Origin: Roseibacillus sp. | Lineage (GTDB): Bacteria; Verrucomicrobiota; Verrucomicrobiia; Verrucomicrobiales; Akkermansiaceae | Length of the DNA: 64,000 bases | NCBI GenBank assembly: GCA_051251855.1 | Contig: JBPOGI010000001.1 | Location: 128,001-192,000, forward strand | Direction: 5' to 3' | Shown here: one piece after another, positions 8,987 to 18,517 of the stretch | Numbering within the stretch: the first letter of the stretch is position 1 | Layout: each line of letters starts with the position of its first letter | Translations under genes and position numbers: made by a program | Notes under the pieces: model-generated | Database searches by the model: none | The model's input: only the letters and a program-made list of their open reading frames with translations | What the model was told of the DNA's origin: nothing

Positions 8987-10177
8987 ATGCAAGTTATTCA
9001 GGTTTTTAATCGGTATTTAGAACGCGGAGGCGAGGAAAAGTCGGTAGAACGAATCGCTTCTCATATCGAGAATTTAGGGCATCAACTTGATCGCGTTTGG
9101 ATTAGTAGTGAGGAGTGGCTTGGGGAAGGTGGACCGTCGAAGGTTGAGCAAATACGACGGATGTTCGCAAATTCAGAATTTGAGTCACGCTTGGCAGAAA
9201 GGATCGATGGTCAGCAAGTTGATTGTTTTGTAACTCATAATCTTTATCCGGTTGCTTCGCCTTCAGTTTACCGATTTGCGCAAGAAAATGAGTTTCCGCT
9301 CATACAGTTTGTGCATAATTTCAGGCCCTTTTCGGTTGGCGGCTCGCTCTGGGTGGGTGGGAAAGTGGTGTCAGACGGGCTGAAGGGGAATCACTTAGCT
9401 GAAGTTCTTTCTGGGTCATGGCAAGATTCAGTGCTCAAATCTGCGGTAATGGGGGCAGTGTTATGGAATTTGCAGCGAAAAGAATGGTTAGAGGCCGTGA
9501 CTTGCTGGGTTGCGATTTCCGATTTTATGCGTGAAAAGTTTATTGAGGCGGGGATTCCGGGAGAGAAGATTGTTACTTTGCGGCACTCTTGGGATCCAAG
9601 GTTGATGGAGAATCAGGAAGGTGAGGGGGATTACTATTTGTTTCTGAGCCGCCTCGTTCCTGAGAAGGGAACCCAAAGTCTCTTGAACGCTTGGAATTTG
9701 TTGGAAGACGAAATGGGGGGGGCATGTCCGAAGCTCTTGATCGGTGGCACCGGCTCGGATGAGAATCTAGTTCGAAAAGCTTCAGAGAATTCAGACAAGA
9801 TCGAGTTTCTTGGTTTCGTGTCAGGAGACGAGAAAAGTAAGTTGATCGAGAAGTGTCGAGCGATGTTAGCTCCTTCGGTTTGGTGGGAACCTTTGGGCCT
9901 CGTTACTTATGAAGCTTATGACAATGGGCGGCCAATGATTGCAGCTCGGTCCGGTGGTTTAAGCGAAACCATTGAAGATGGGGTGACGGGATTTTTACAT
10001 GAAGTGGGCAGTGCTGACTCCCTAATGAGATGTGTTTTACAAATGGAAGAGCGAGGAGCGAGTGCTAGGAGAGAAATGGGAATTGCGGGGAGAGAGTGGC
10101 TCTTGAGGGAGGCGAGCCCCGAGAAATGGAAAAGTGAATTCCAAAAAATCCTATTGGGCGTTTCGAGCGACAAGTAG
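8987..10177 (+). CDS. Glycosyltransferase family 4
   Basis: 'GGEE', 'HNFR', 'SRLVPEKG', 'PSVWWEPLGLVTYEA...GRP'. Confidence 0.9.
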   Translation: MQVIQVFNRYLERGGEEKSVERIASHIENLGHQLDRVWISSEEWLGEGGPSKVEQIRRMFANSEFESRLAERIDGQQVDCFVTHNLYPVASPSVYRFAQENEFPLIQFVHNFRPFSVGGSLWVGGKVVSDGLKGNHLAEVLSGSWQDSVLKSAVMGAVLWNLQRKEWLEAVTCWVAISDFMREKFIEAGIPGEKIVTLRHSWDPRLMENQEGEGDYYLFLSRLVPEKGTQSLLNAWNLLEDEMGGACPKLLIGGTGSDENLVRKASENSDKIEFLGFVSGDEKSKLIEKCRAMLAPSVWWEPLGLVTYEAYDNGRPMIAARSGGLSETIEDGVTGFLHEVGSADSLMRCVLQMEERGASARREMGIAGREWLLREASPEKWKSEFQKILLGVSSDK

Positions 10178-10201
10178 TAAGGTGAAGAGGAAGTAGATTA
10201 A

Positions 10202-11176
10202 ATGAGCGCTTTTTGGGGTAAATCACACCTGTTAGTCATATCGGTGGTGTTTCTGGTTATGTTTACATTGCTGGGGTATTCGTCGGGTTATGGCACCGTT
10301 GTTGATGGAGGGGTTGTTTTTTTAAGAAGTAGTCTGCTCAGTCATATGAAGGCGGACTATTCTAGGGACGGAGGAGAGTGGAGTTTTGGATATTTTGTGC
10401 CTTTTGCGGTTGGTGCCTTGTTTTGGTTTCGGAGGAAAGAGTTGCTGGGGACGGAAGTGAAGCCAGCTCTTGTCGTTGGAGGAGCGATTTGTGTGATGGC
10501 GTTCCTTCTTTATTGGGCGGGTTATCGCGGTGAGCAGAAGTATTTCGGCTATGCAGCGGGGCAGTTACTGGCTCTCGGTGCGATTTTTTGGTTTCTGGGT
10601 TGGGGGTGGTTTCGGAAGTTGTTTTGGCTTTGGGTATTGTTGGGGATGATGTGGCCGTGGCGGTTTTTGATTGGGCGAATTTCGGCGCCTTTGCAGATGG
10701 CAATGGTGAAGTTGACCTCGGGTTTTATGAACTTGATAGGAGTAGATGCGGTGGCGAGTGGCAGCTCTTTGAGCACGGCATCAACAGACCCTGTGACGAG
10801 CCTGCCGATCAGTTTGGACGTGGATGTGGCTTGTTCGGGTATGCGGTCGTTGTTTGCCTTGACGATGATTGGTTTGGTCTTTGCCTTCCTGCGTGTGAAG
10901 GATGAGTGGAAAAGGTGGGCTCTGATGGCGTTTGTGCCCGTAGTCGCGATATTAGGAAACTTTGTTCGGATGCTGATGCTCTATTTCGGCTCTGTCCTTT
11001 GGGGAACGGATTTTGCCATTGGTGAGAATCACGAAATGTCCGCGTTCCATATGTTGGCAGGTCTCATGGTCTTTGTTGTCGCGCTGATTTTAATGTCAGG
11101 TTTGGTCGGTATCTTTGAGGGAGGTTGGAAGAAGTTTTTCACTCGTCGTAAGGTCACTATTAAGAAAGTGTCCTAG
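10202..11176 (+). CDS. Exosortase (EpsH/Xrt family)
   Basis: Multi-TM protein with intact Cys-Arg-His triad: 'VACSGMRS', 'GNFVRM', 'AFHMLAG'. Confidence 0.92.
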   Translation: MSAFWGKSHLLVISVVFLVMFTLLGYSSGYGTVVDGGVVFLRSSLLSHMKADYSRDGGEWSFGYFVPFAVGALFWFRRKELLGTEVKPALVVGGAICVMAFLLYWAGYRGEQKYFGYAAGQLLALGAIFWFLGWGWFRKLFWLWVLLGMMWPWRFLIGRISAPLQMAMVKLTSGFMNLIGVDAVASGSSLSTASTDPVTSLPISLDVDVACSGMRSLFALTMIGLVFAFLRVKDEWKRWALMAFVPVVAILGNFVRMLMLYFGSVLWGTDFAIGENHEMSAFHMLAGLMVFVVALILMSGLVGIFEGGWKKFFTRRKVTIKKVS

Positions 11177-11197
11177 GGGTAAAACGAAGAATTTATT

Positions 11198-11953
11198 ATG
11201 AATCTTTTTTGGAGAAGCGGAATCTTTGGGGGACTGGCACTGGTCACCGTTTTGTCGTGTTTGTTTTTCAGCGACTCAAAGACCAATCCGGTTGCAGGGG
11301 TAGTAGTTTGGTTACCAGATGAGTTGTCAGATTATGAGGTCGATACGGGGGTCATGGGAGAGGAAGAGAAAAAATGGCTCCCATCGGACACGACGTTTCT
11401 CAAGCGTGTTTACACAGAACGGTGGCTGCCTAAGCAAGAAGCGGATTTTCGAGCTTTGAGCGCCACGCTTATTGTGGCTGGTTCTGATTCACGTAGTCTG
11501 CACCGTCCGCAGGTGTGTTTGACTGCTCAGCATTGGACCATCGAGAAGCGAGAGGTGGTTAAGTTAGATACGAAAGGAGGCCCACTAGAGGTGATGGATT
11601 TTCATCTTGTGAGGACGGTTAGGAATCAGGATGGAAGTGCCCGTTTGGATGAAAGTGGCGAGCCATTGTTCATTCGGGCTCACTATGTCTACTGGTGGAT
11701 TGGGCCGGATGCCTCGACTGCTTCGGATGAGGAGCGAGTTTGGTTAGAGGTGTGGAACAGTATCTTAAAAGGGCGCAAGGAGCGCTGGGCTTACCCAAGT
11801 GTCATGGTGTGGGTGGATCCACGGGAGAAGCAGGGGGAGGCTCGGGAAAGGGCTTTTGAATTTATTAAGGAATATGCTCCTGATTTTCAGAAGTCTTTAG
11901 GAGCCCAAGATCGTGAAGGGGCAGTTGATCTGAAGTCGATAGGTTCTGAGTAA
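11198..11953 (+). CDS. epsI: Exosortase-associated EpsI family protein
   Basis: N-terminal TM, 'SLHRPQVCL..Q.W', 'YVYWWIG'; directly after the exosortase. Confidence 0.85.
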   Translation: MNLFWRSGIFGGLALVTVLSCLFFSDSKTNPVAGVVVWLPDELSDYEVDTGVMGEEEKKWLPSDTTFLKRVYTERWLPKQEADFRALSATLIVAGSDSRSLHRPQVCLTAQHWTIEKREVVKLDTKGGPLEVMDFHLVRTVRNQDGSARLDESGEPLFIRAHYVYWWIGPDASTASDEERVWLEVWNSILKGRKERWAYPSVMVWVDPREKQGEARERAFEFIKEYAPDFQKSLGAQDREGAVDLKSIGSE

Positions 11954-12847
11954 GTGTTCAAAGGAAAGAAAATAGGGTTGTGGATTGGAGTTCTTCGCCC
12001 ACAGCATTGGATTAAGAGTGGTTTTTGTGCAGCCGCTCTTTTTTTTAGCGGGCAAGCTGCGAATTGGGAGCGTTGGACGCAGCTGATTCCGGTATTGGTC
12101 GCTTTTAGTGTGTTGGCAAGTTCAGGCTATCTGTTGAACGATGTCTGGAATCGCAAAGAGGATCAGCTTCATCCGAGGAAAAAATTTCGACCCGTTGCTT
12201 CGGGCCAATTGGGTGTGCGAAGTGTGTTATTGGTTTCGGCGATCTTGAGTGTGATCGGTTTGGGGATATTGGGGATGTCGTATGGCTTTCATGGGCAAGC
12301 CGCAGTTCCTTTGTGGCATGGCTTTGCTTACTTGGGGTTGACTGCTTCCTATTCGCTGTTGTTTCGCGATATGCCGCTTTTGGATGTCTTGGTTCTGGGG
12401 GTTGGTTTTGTGATTCGTGTCTCTGTTGGTGCATTTGCTATTGGGGTCGCGCCTACACTATGGATTCTAGGTTGCACTTATGGCTTGGCGCTTTTGCTGA
12501 GTTTTGGAAAAAGGTTGGGTGAGTGGCGCTTGATAGAAAAACGTGGTGCTTCGGTAGGGGAGACTCGATTGGCTCTGAGGGGATACACAGAAGCTCTGTT
12601 GCGCGTTCTTGTGGGGGCTGGAGCGGCAGTGACAGGTGGCTCTTACTTCGCCTACTGTCTTTCGCATCCGGAACGGGAGATTCTGATTCTCACGGTTATT
12701 CCTGTGATTGTGGGTTTGATGAGCTACCTCCGTTTGGCTTGGCGTTCGGAAGTGGTGGAGACTCCTGAGAAATTGTTGTTTCGAAGTCCGTTGTTGTTGG
12801 GCTGTGTGGTCGCATGGTTGGGAATGATCGCCTTTGTGGCCTTTTAA
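11954..12847 (+). CDS. UbiA-family polyprenyl-phosphate phosphoribosyltransferase (DPPR synthase-like)
   Basis: 'LRPQHWIKS', 'YLLND..NR..D.LHP.K..RPVASG', 'YSL..R...LDV....GFVIRV..G', 'GKR'; resembles the Rv3806c/NoeC type; followed by DprE1/DprE2 homologs. Confidence 0.85.
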   Translation: MFKGKKIGLWIGVLRPQHWIKSGFCAAALFFSGQAANWERWTQLIPVLVAFSVLASSGYLLNDVWNRKEDQLHPRKKFRPVASGQLGVRSVLLVSAILSVIGLGILGMSYGFHGQAAVPLWHGFAYLGLTASYSLLFRDMPLLDVLVLGVGFVIRVSVGAFAIGVAPTLWILGCTYGLALLLSFGKRLGEWRLIEKRGASVGETRLALRGYTEALLRVLVGAGAAVTGGSYFAYCLSHPEREILILTVIPVIVGLMSYLRLAWRSEVVETPEKLLFRSPLLLGCVVAWLGMIAFVAF

Positions 12848-12914
12848 GTACGATAAAAGAGAGAGGGATGAGTGTTGCTTGGCTGTGAAATGGATAAGAA
12901 GAGACAGTTTTTGA

Positions 12915-14201
12915 ATGATGAATGAGGGAAAATCATGGGGACAATTTCCCGCTGTTCAAACTCAGGTGACAGACGCCTGGTGGCGTGATGAGGTAGAGGA
13001 CGTCGAGGGGCGATACTTGCCGGTGGGATTGGGCCGAAGCTATGGGGATAGCGGCTTACTCTCAGAAAAGCGTGGGACGATGCTCTCAATGGCTCGCTGT
13101 CGGAATTTTGTGAGTTTTGATCAGGATGCAGGGGTGCTCGAGGTGGAGGCGGGGTGTTCTCTCGGGGAAATCTTGGAGTGGAGTGTTCCGCGCGGGTTCT
13201 TTTTGCCGGTGGTACCAGGAACAAAGCACGTGACGGTGGGGGGAGCAATTGCCAATGATATTCATGGTAAAAATCATCATGGGGCGGGAACCTTTGGTCG
13301 ATGGGTTGAAGGTTTTGAGCTCTATCGTTCGGGGCAAGGCTGGCTCTATTGCAGCCGGGAAAGAAATCGGGAGTTTTTTGAGGCAAGCATCGGCGGTTTA
13401 GGGCTGACGGGGGTGATGGGGCGAGTGGCTATCAGGATGAAGGGGATTGAGGGGGAAGGGTTGGTTCAGCAGGAGACTGTGCGGTTTGGAAATTTGTTAG
13501 AAGGAGCTGAGGCTTTAGAGGAGCTGGATGAACAGTATCCCATGACTGTTGCTTGGGTGGATATGGCCAGTCACCGAATGGGTCGTGGGGTAGCGATGGG
13601 GGGGCGCTTTGTGTCAGGAGAGATTACTCCAAGCGATAGGCGCCGATTGAGAGTTCCGTGTGATGCTCCTTCGTGCTTACTGAGTCGACCTGCGATTCGC
13701 GGGTTCAATTCTCTTTACTCGATGACGCGTCGGGTTGGTTCGTCCAAACTCCCCTTCACTTCGTATTTCTTTCCTTTGGATGGAGTTGAGGGATGGAATC
13801 GGCTTTATGGGAGGCGGGGTTTTTTACAGTATCAATGCGTCGTGCCTATGGGGGCGATTGAGGTGTTGGTTCAGTTGCAGGAGCTTATTTCTTCTTCGGG
13901 GCAGGGCGCTTTCTTGTCTGTGTTGAAGAAGTTTGGTTCTTTAGAGTCTCCAGGTTGGCTTTCATTCCCGATGCCTGGTTGGACCCTTGCGATGGACTTT
14001 CCGATGGAAAGTGAGGCGACACTTTCTCTTTTGGGCCGAATGGATATTTTAGTCCGAGAGGCGGGAGGGCGCCTCTATCCGGCAAAGGACGCTCGTATGG
14101 ACTCGATGTTTTTCCAAGAGAGTTTTCCTCGCTGGGCAGAACTCGAAAAAATGAGAGATGAGTCGATCACGTCAGAGTTTTGGGAAAGAGTAGCACGATG
14201 A
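12915..14201 (+). CDS. FAD-linked oxidase, DprE1-like (polyprenylphosphoryl-ribose 2'-oxidase)
   Basis: 'GLGRSYGD', 'PVVPGTKHVTVGGAIANDIHGKNHH', 'FFPLD....WNRLYG..GFLQYQ', 'LSFP..G.TLAMDF', 'GGRLYPAKD'. Confidence 0.9.
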   Translation: MMNEGKSWGQFPAVQTQVTDAWWRDEVEDVEGRYLPVGLGRSYGDSGLLSEKRGTMLSMARCRNFVSFDQDAGVLEVEAGCSLGEILEWSVPRGFFLPVVPGTKHVTVGGAIANDIHGKNHHGAGTFGRWVEGFELYRSGQGWLYCSRERNREFFEASIGGLGLTGVMGRVAIRMKGIEGEGLVQQETVRFGNLLEGAEALEELDEQYPMTVAWVDMASHRMGRGVAMGGRFVSGEITPSDRRRLRVPCDAPSCLLSRPAIRGFNSLYSMTRRVGSSKLPFTSYFFPLDGVEGWNRLYGRRGFLQYQCVVPMGAIEVLVQLQELISSSGQGAFLSVLKKFGSLESPGWLSFPMPGWTLAMDFPMESEATLSLLGRMDILVREAGGRLYPAKDARMDSMFFQESFPRWAELEKMRDESITSEFWERVAR

Positions 14202-14935
14202 GTCGAGTGGTGGTCATAGGAGCGACATCTGCGATAGGAGCATCCATGGTGAGAATGTTTGCAGAGAGAGGGTGCGAACTGATTCTTGTGGGACGCAATG
14301 AGCAGCGTCTTGAGGGGGTGGCTAAGGATGCTTCGGTCAAGGGGGCGGCATCAGTCAAGACGCGAGTGGCCGATTTGGCGCAAGTTGAAGAGTGCCGGCA
14401 GCTTGGAGCTTGGATTTTGGAGTTGCCAGAAGTTGATGAGGCAGTGATTTTGCCTGGAATTCTGAGTGACGAATTTGCTGGAGTAGAGGAATGGAGCCGA
14501 GATGTGGCGGTGAACTTTACGGCACCTTCCTATCTGGCTCGTCTAGTCATTGAGAAAATGGCGAAAAGTGAGGCAGGAGGACATTTGGTTTTGGTCGGTT
14601 CTGTGGCTGGGGATAGAGGCCGGCAGTCCAATGGTTTCTACGGAGCTCAGAAGGGGGCTCTCGAAACTTATGTCGCAGCACTGAGACACCGTGCGTTTCT
14701 GGCGAATAGAAAAGTGGGAGTGAGTTTCGTTAAACCTGGATTCGTGGTGAGTCCGATGACGGAGGCTGTGAAAAAGAATGCTCTTTTTTCTGAGCCGGAT
14801 GTAGTTGCAAAAAAGATACTGCGTTTATTAAAGAAGGGGCGTAGCGGGGTTGTCTATGCACCAGGATGGTGGAGATTGATTATGTTTGTGGTGAAAGCGG
14901 TCCCTCTTGTTATTTTTCACCGAACTCGAATGTGA
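14198..14935 (+). CDS. SDR oxidoreductase, DprE2-like
   Basis: 'IGATSAIG', 'SVAGDRGRQSN..YGAQK', 'KPGFV..PMT'. ATGA overlap with the dprE1-like gene. Confidence 0.88.
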   Translation: MSRVVVIGATSAIGASMVRMFAERGCELILVGRNEQRLEGVAKDASVKGAASVKTRVADLAQVEECRQLGAWILELPEVDEAVILPGILSDEFAGVEEWSRDVAVNFTAPSYLARLVIEKMAKSEAGGHLVLVGSVAGDRGRQSNGFYGAQKGALETYVAALRHRAFLANRKVGVSFVKPGFVVSPMTEAVKKNALFSEPDVVAKKILRLLKKGRSGVVYAPGWWRLIMFVVKAVPLVIFHRTRM

Positions 14936-16512
14936 CGCGTTCATCAAACAGTCAAAGATTTTGGTTTATTGCGGCGGTGCTCGTGATGATGGGGGTCTTC
15001 TATTTTCCTCCTATCGAGAACCGGACGGAAGCTGAAGACGCTTATTGGTATGCGCGTGATGTTGAGGTGTTACCCTTTCGGCAACTTCTTCACCCTCACC
15101 ATCGTCTTTATCATCCATTTGCGAAAGGGGTCTTCCTGGTTTCGGGTGCTGAGCGTTCTTTTGATGTGTTGGTTGTTTTAAGCGCTGTTTTGGCGGGAAG
15201 TGGACTGTTTGTTTTCTATTGGCTTGTTAGGCGGCAGAGAGATTGCGGTCCTTGGCAGAGTTTGGCTTGGACGGGGTGCTTGGCCTTTAGTTATGGTTAT
15301 TGGCGTTACGCGCGCGAGGTAGAAGTCTACGCGATGGGCTGGTTGGGTTGCTTGTTAGCAGTCTGGTTTCTGTTTGAAGTGAAGGGGAGTTGGAGGAAGG
15401 GTTTGGTTTTTGCGGTGATGGTGGTCTTGGTGTTGAATGTTCATCGCGCCCTTGGACCTCCTTTACTCGTGATGGGCTTGGCATACTTTTTACACCAAAG
15501 GCAATGGCGTGTCGCATTGGGATGTGCTGGGTTTGGATTGGTTGGCTATTTGGCTGTAGAGGCTAGTTTTGGCGCTGTTTCGATTCCCAAAGAGAGGGGA
15601 GCAGAGTCTAGTGAGATTTCGCAATTTTTTTCGGAGGACGCACTGAGGTCTGTTGGTGAGGAAAGACGGAAGGGTCGTTCGTTGAAGTTGAGTTCGCTGC
15701 CAAAAGCGGCCGTTGGTCTAGGGGTGAGCTTGATGGGGGGGAGCGTTCTGATGTCGTCTGATGAGGTTTTCGAGTTTTTCTCTCACACTCTTTTTCCATA
15801 CCGATTTATGGAGGAGGAGAAGATGATGGCTGAAGGGGTGTCGGCTTGGTGGGTTGTGCCCTGGTTTCTTGGGGTAGCGATTGTGGTAATCCTTTTGATT
15901 CGAGTGGTTTTGGATTTCATTTTAAAGTATCGTAAGTCGTTAAGTAGAGTAAGTGTTGAGGTGTGGGCCGTCGCCGCTGGTTTCTTCTCTTATGCCGGGA
16001 TGATTGTCATCTTCGAGCCAGGAAACCCTGAGATGTGGTTGTTGGGGTTGCCATTATTTTGGCTGATGGTGGTCGTCTTAAGTCGAGGCGTTTCATGTTT
16101 AAGGGTGGGGACTTTGGCCGTGAATTTGGTGCTCACTAGCTATGTGGGTGGAATGGCGCTGCTTTCAGATAAAGGGAGTGACTACCATGATTTTACTTCG
16201 AGCCTGGTTCGCCGCGCTGGAAGTGACGGTGACCTTTACTTGATGGGGACTCAGAATGTGGTTCACAAACGTTATGTGAACTACACGGTAGGGGTAGAGA
16301 CGGTGGTCGTGAGGATTGGGGATGAACGTTTGCCTGAATTTTACGAGTTGATTCGTGGAGAAATTGAAGACGGGAGGAGGGTGTTTGTGCATGAGACTCT
16401 CTCGGTTCTCGACCCAGCGTTGATTGCGGCCTCAGGACTTCGCTTTCATGGCTCTGGTGATAATATGAAGAGCCGAGGGGGCGGAGAACTTATAAGACGG
16501 GATGATGACTGA
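14932..16512 (+). CDS. Polytopic membrane protein, putative GT-C glycosyltransferase (DUF2723/TMEM260-like motifs)
   Basis: Acidic 'EAEDAYWY' after TM1, 'HPHHRLYHP', 'YWRYAREVEVY', about 10 TM segments. GTGA overlap with the dprE2-like stop. Confidence 0.55.
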   Translation: MTRSSNSQRFWFIAAVLVMMGVFYFPPIENRTEAEDAYWYARDVEVLPFRQLLHPHHRLYHPFAKGVFLVSGAERSFDVLVVLSAVLAGSGLFVFYWLVRRQRDCGPWQSLAWTGCLAFSYGYWRYAREVEVYAMGWLGCLLAVWFLFEVKGSWRKGLVFAVMVVLVLNVHRALGPPLLVMGLAYFLHQRQWRVALGCAGFGLVGYLAVEASFGAVSIPKERGAESSEISQFFSEDALRSVGEERRKGRSLKLSSLPKAAVGLGVSLMGGSVLMSSDEVFEFFSHTLFPYRFMEEEKMMAEGVSAWWVVPWFLGVAIVVILLIRVVLDFILKYRKSLSRVSVEVWAVAAGFFSYAGMIVIFEPGNPEMWLLGLPLFWLMVVVLSRGVSCLRVGTLAVNLVLTSYVGGMALLSDKGSDYHDFTSSLVRRAGSDGDLYLMGTQNVVHKRYVNYTVGVETVVVRIGDERLPEFYELIRGEIEDGRRVFVHETLSVLDPALIAASGLRFHGSGDNMKSRGGGELIRRDDD

Positions 16513-18487
16513 TTCACTTTGCAAGAACCGCTTGGTGCTCGTGGGTTGGGCCTTCTCCTTGATTGGGTTGATATACGCTGCTGTCGTGGCGACTGGAGCA
16601 GAATTGACAAGGCTTTCCTTGATAATGCCTCCCATGTTTTTAGGCGCGGTTCTCTGTGTGTTGTTCGGACCTAAGAGGAGAGATGTTTGGGTTCTTGCTG
16701 GAATAGGATTAGTTTCTGGATATCTTTTAGCGAGAGGAGGTCTTTCCCCGGTTTGGGATTTAGCTCGGAGAGATTTGTTCTTAGTCGTGGCAGGGCTTTT
16801 GGGATATCTCTCGGCGTCTTCTGCCCTGCGATTGCGTGGGGGGAGGGTAATGTTCTTGGCCGCAATTGTAGTTCTTATTCTGGGCAATACGTTGGTGGGG
16901 ATCTATCAATGGCAGATTGATGAGGGGTTTGCCTTTCTGCGATCAGAACGCTCAGACACTGCGGGTATAAGTGGATTTTACTATCATCGAAACTATTTGG
17001 CGGGATTCTGCGAGATTGCTTGTCCGGTTCTTTTTGCTGCTAGTTTAAGCCGAACTACTTGGCTTGGACGGTTGGGAGTGGCTTTACCTCTGGTCCTTGG
17101 CGTTGGTATCTGTTTCTTGAGTAATTCTCGGGGAGGATTTGGTGTCATGGTGCTGGCTTGTCTGGTTGTCTATTTTTTGGAGTCGTTGAGGACGCGAAAG
17201 AAGAATAGCCGGCAAACAAAGTCTGAGGCTTTGAGGCCGTTGGTCGTCACGGTGGTATTAGTCGTTCTTGGCTTGGTTGGCAGATATTGTTGGCTAGCAA
17301 TTTTCGAGAACAGAGGCGGTACTGGGGGGGCTGAGGGTTCGTTGCTAGGAAGATTGAAAATGGCGGGGCTCGCCTTTGATATCTGGCTTGAAAGTCCTCT
17401 GTGGGGGATGGGTGCTGAGAGTTATTCTTATCTCTTTCCAAGGTTTTTTGCAGGTTTGCCGGGCTGGCTTGGAGATGCGCAGATGGCTCATTCCGACTAT
17501 TTGCAGCTTTTGACGGACTATGGAGCGGTCGGTCTGATTGCGGTCGTGCTTCTTATCGGAGGGATGGCATTTCTTGTTCTCAGGCGGATTGATTTTGGCA
17601 CCGAAAATTTTGACGAGCAAGAGTGCGGAGTTCTTTGGCTACGGTCAGCTGCTGCCGGGGCTCTTGTTGCGGAGGTTCTGAGGGCGACGCTTGACTTTAA
17701 TCTTCATGTTGCCCCTAACCTTATCGTCTTTGCAATGGTTGTGGCTGGGGGGGGGAGTTGTTATCAGGATCTAGTTGGCAAGGTGGTTAAAAACGGCAAA
17801 TCCGTTCTTAAGTTAGATCCCCTTTCAAGGGGGCTTGCTGTAGTGATGGCAATCGGAGCTGGGGGATATGGGATATGGGCAGGGGAAAACGAGATTTTGG
17901 CAGCGCGTGACTGGGCGGCTATAGAGGTGTTGAGGCAACGCGGTGAGAATGATGAGGTCGCCTTGAGACGCTTTAGTGAGAAGGCTCCTTCTTTCCGAGT
18001 TTTGCGAAGGGTCGCCCAGAACTCATTTGATGATGCGCTTGAGTCAGCGGATGGGAGTGACTTTATCCAAACGAGCGAGGATTGGAGGCGGTTAGTCGAA
18101 ATTCATCCTTTGGATGGAGAAAGCTTAGCGAATTATGCTCGTTGTCTCGATGAGATGAAGATGTTTGAGAAAGCCGAGAACTATCACGCAAGAGCCTTGG
18201 AGGCGGTGGCAAGGCGTGAGAACCATTACGGGGTCATTCATGGCGTTGGCTGGCATCTTGTGAGAAGAGCCAATGAGAACGCGCGAGCACGTCGTCCGGG
18301 AGAAGCCCTGTTTCTTTATTTGAGTGCGAAAGAGGTTTTCGAAGAGAGTCGTCAAAGAGGATTTTCGAGAACTCGACATAACCGTGACGCGCTAAAATGG
18401 GTGGAGAAGCGGATCGAGTTTTTAGAAGGGGCGCGTATCGAGCCGGAGTCTGTTGATGTTCTTGACTGGAAGTCAAAGCTTCTCTAG
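16502..18487 (+). CDS. O-antigen ligase (Wzy_C) family protein with C-terminal TPR-like region
   Basis: 'GFYYHRNYLAG', 'SNSRGG', 'PLWGMGAESY', 'AHSDYLQLLTDYGAVG', 'DFNLH'; helical C-terminal repeats. Confidence 0.85.
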   Translation: MMTDSLCKNRLVLVGWAFSLIGLIYAAVVATGAELTRLSLIMPPMFLGAVLCVLFGPKRRDVWVLAGIGLVSGYLLARGGLSPVWDLARRDLFLVVAGLLGYLSASSALRLRGGRVMFLAAIVVLILGNTLVGIYQWQIDEGFAFLRSERSDTAGISGFYYHRNYLAGFCEIACPVLFAASLSRTTWLGRLGVALPLVLGVGICFLSNSRGGFGVMVLACLVVYFLESLRTRKKNSRQTKSEALRPLVVTVVLVVLGLVGRYCWLAIFENRGGTGGAEGSLLGRLKMAGLAFDIWLESPLWGMGAESYSYLFPRFFAGLPGWLGDAQMAHSDYLQLLTDYGAVGLIAVVLLIGGMAFLVLRRIDFGTENFDEQECGVLWLRSAAAGALVAEVLRATLDFNLHVAPNLIVFAMVVAGGGSCYQDLVGKVVKNGKSVLKLDPLSRGLAVVMAIGAGGYGIWAGENEILAARDWAAIEVLRQRGENDEVALRRFSEKAPSFRVLRRVAQNSFDDALESADGSDFIQTSEDWRRLVEIHPLDGESLANYARCLDEMKMFEKAENYHARALEAVARRENHYGVIHGVGWHLVRRANENARARRPGEALFLYLSAKEVFEESRQRGFSRTRHNRDALKWVEKRIEFLEGARIEPESVDVLDWKSKLL

Positions 18488-18517
18488 GTGCAGTTGGCGA
18501 CGAAAGAAAAACCTTAC

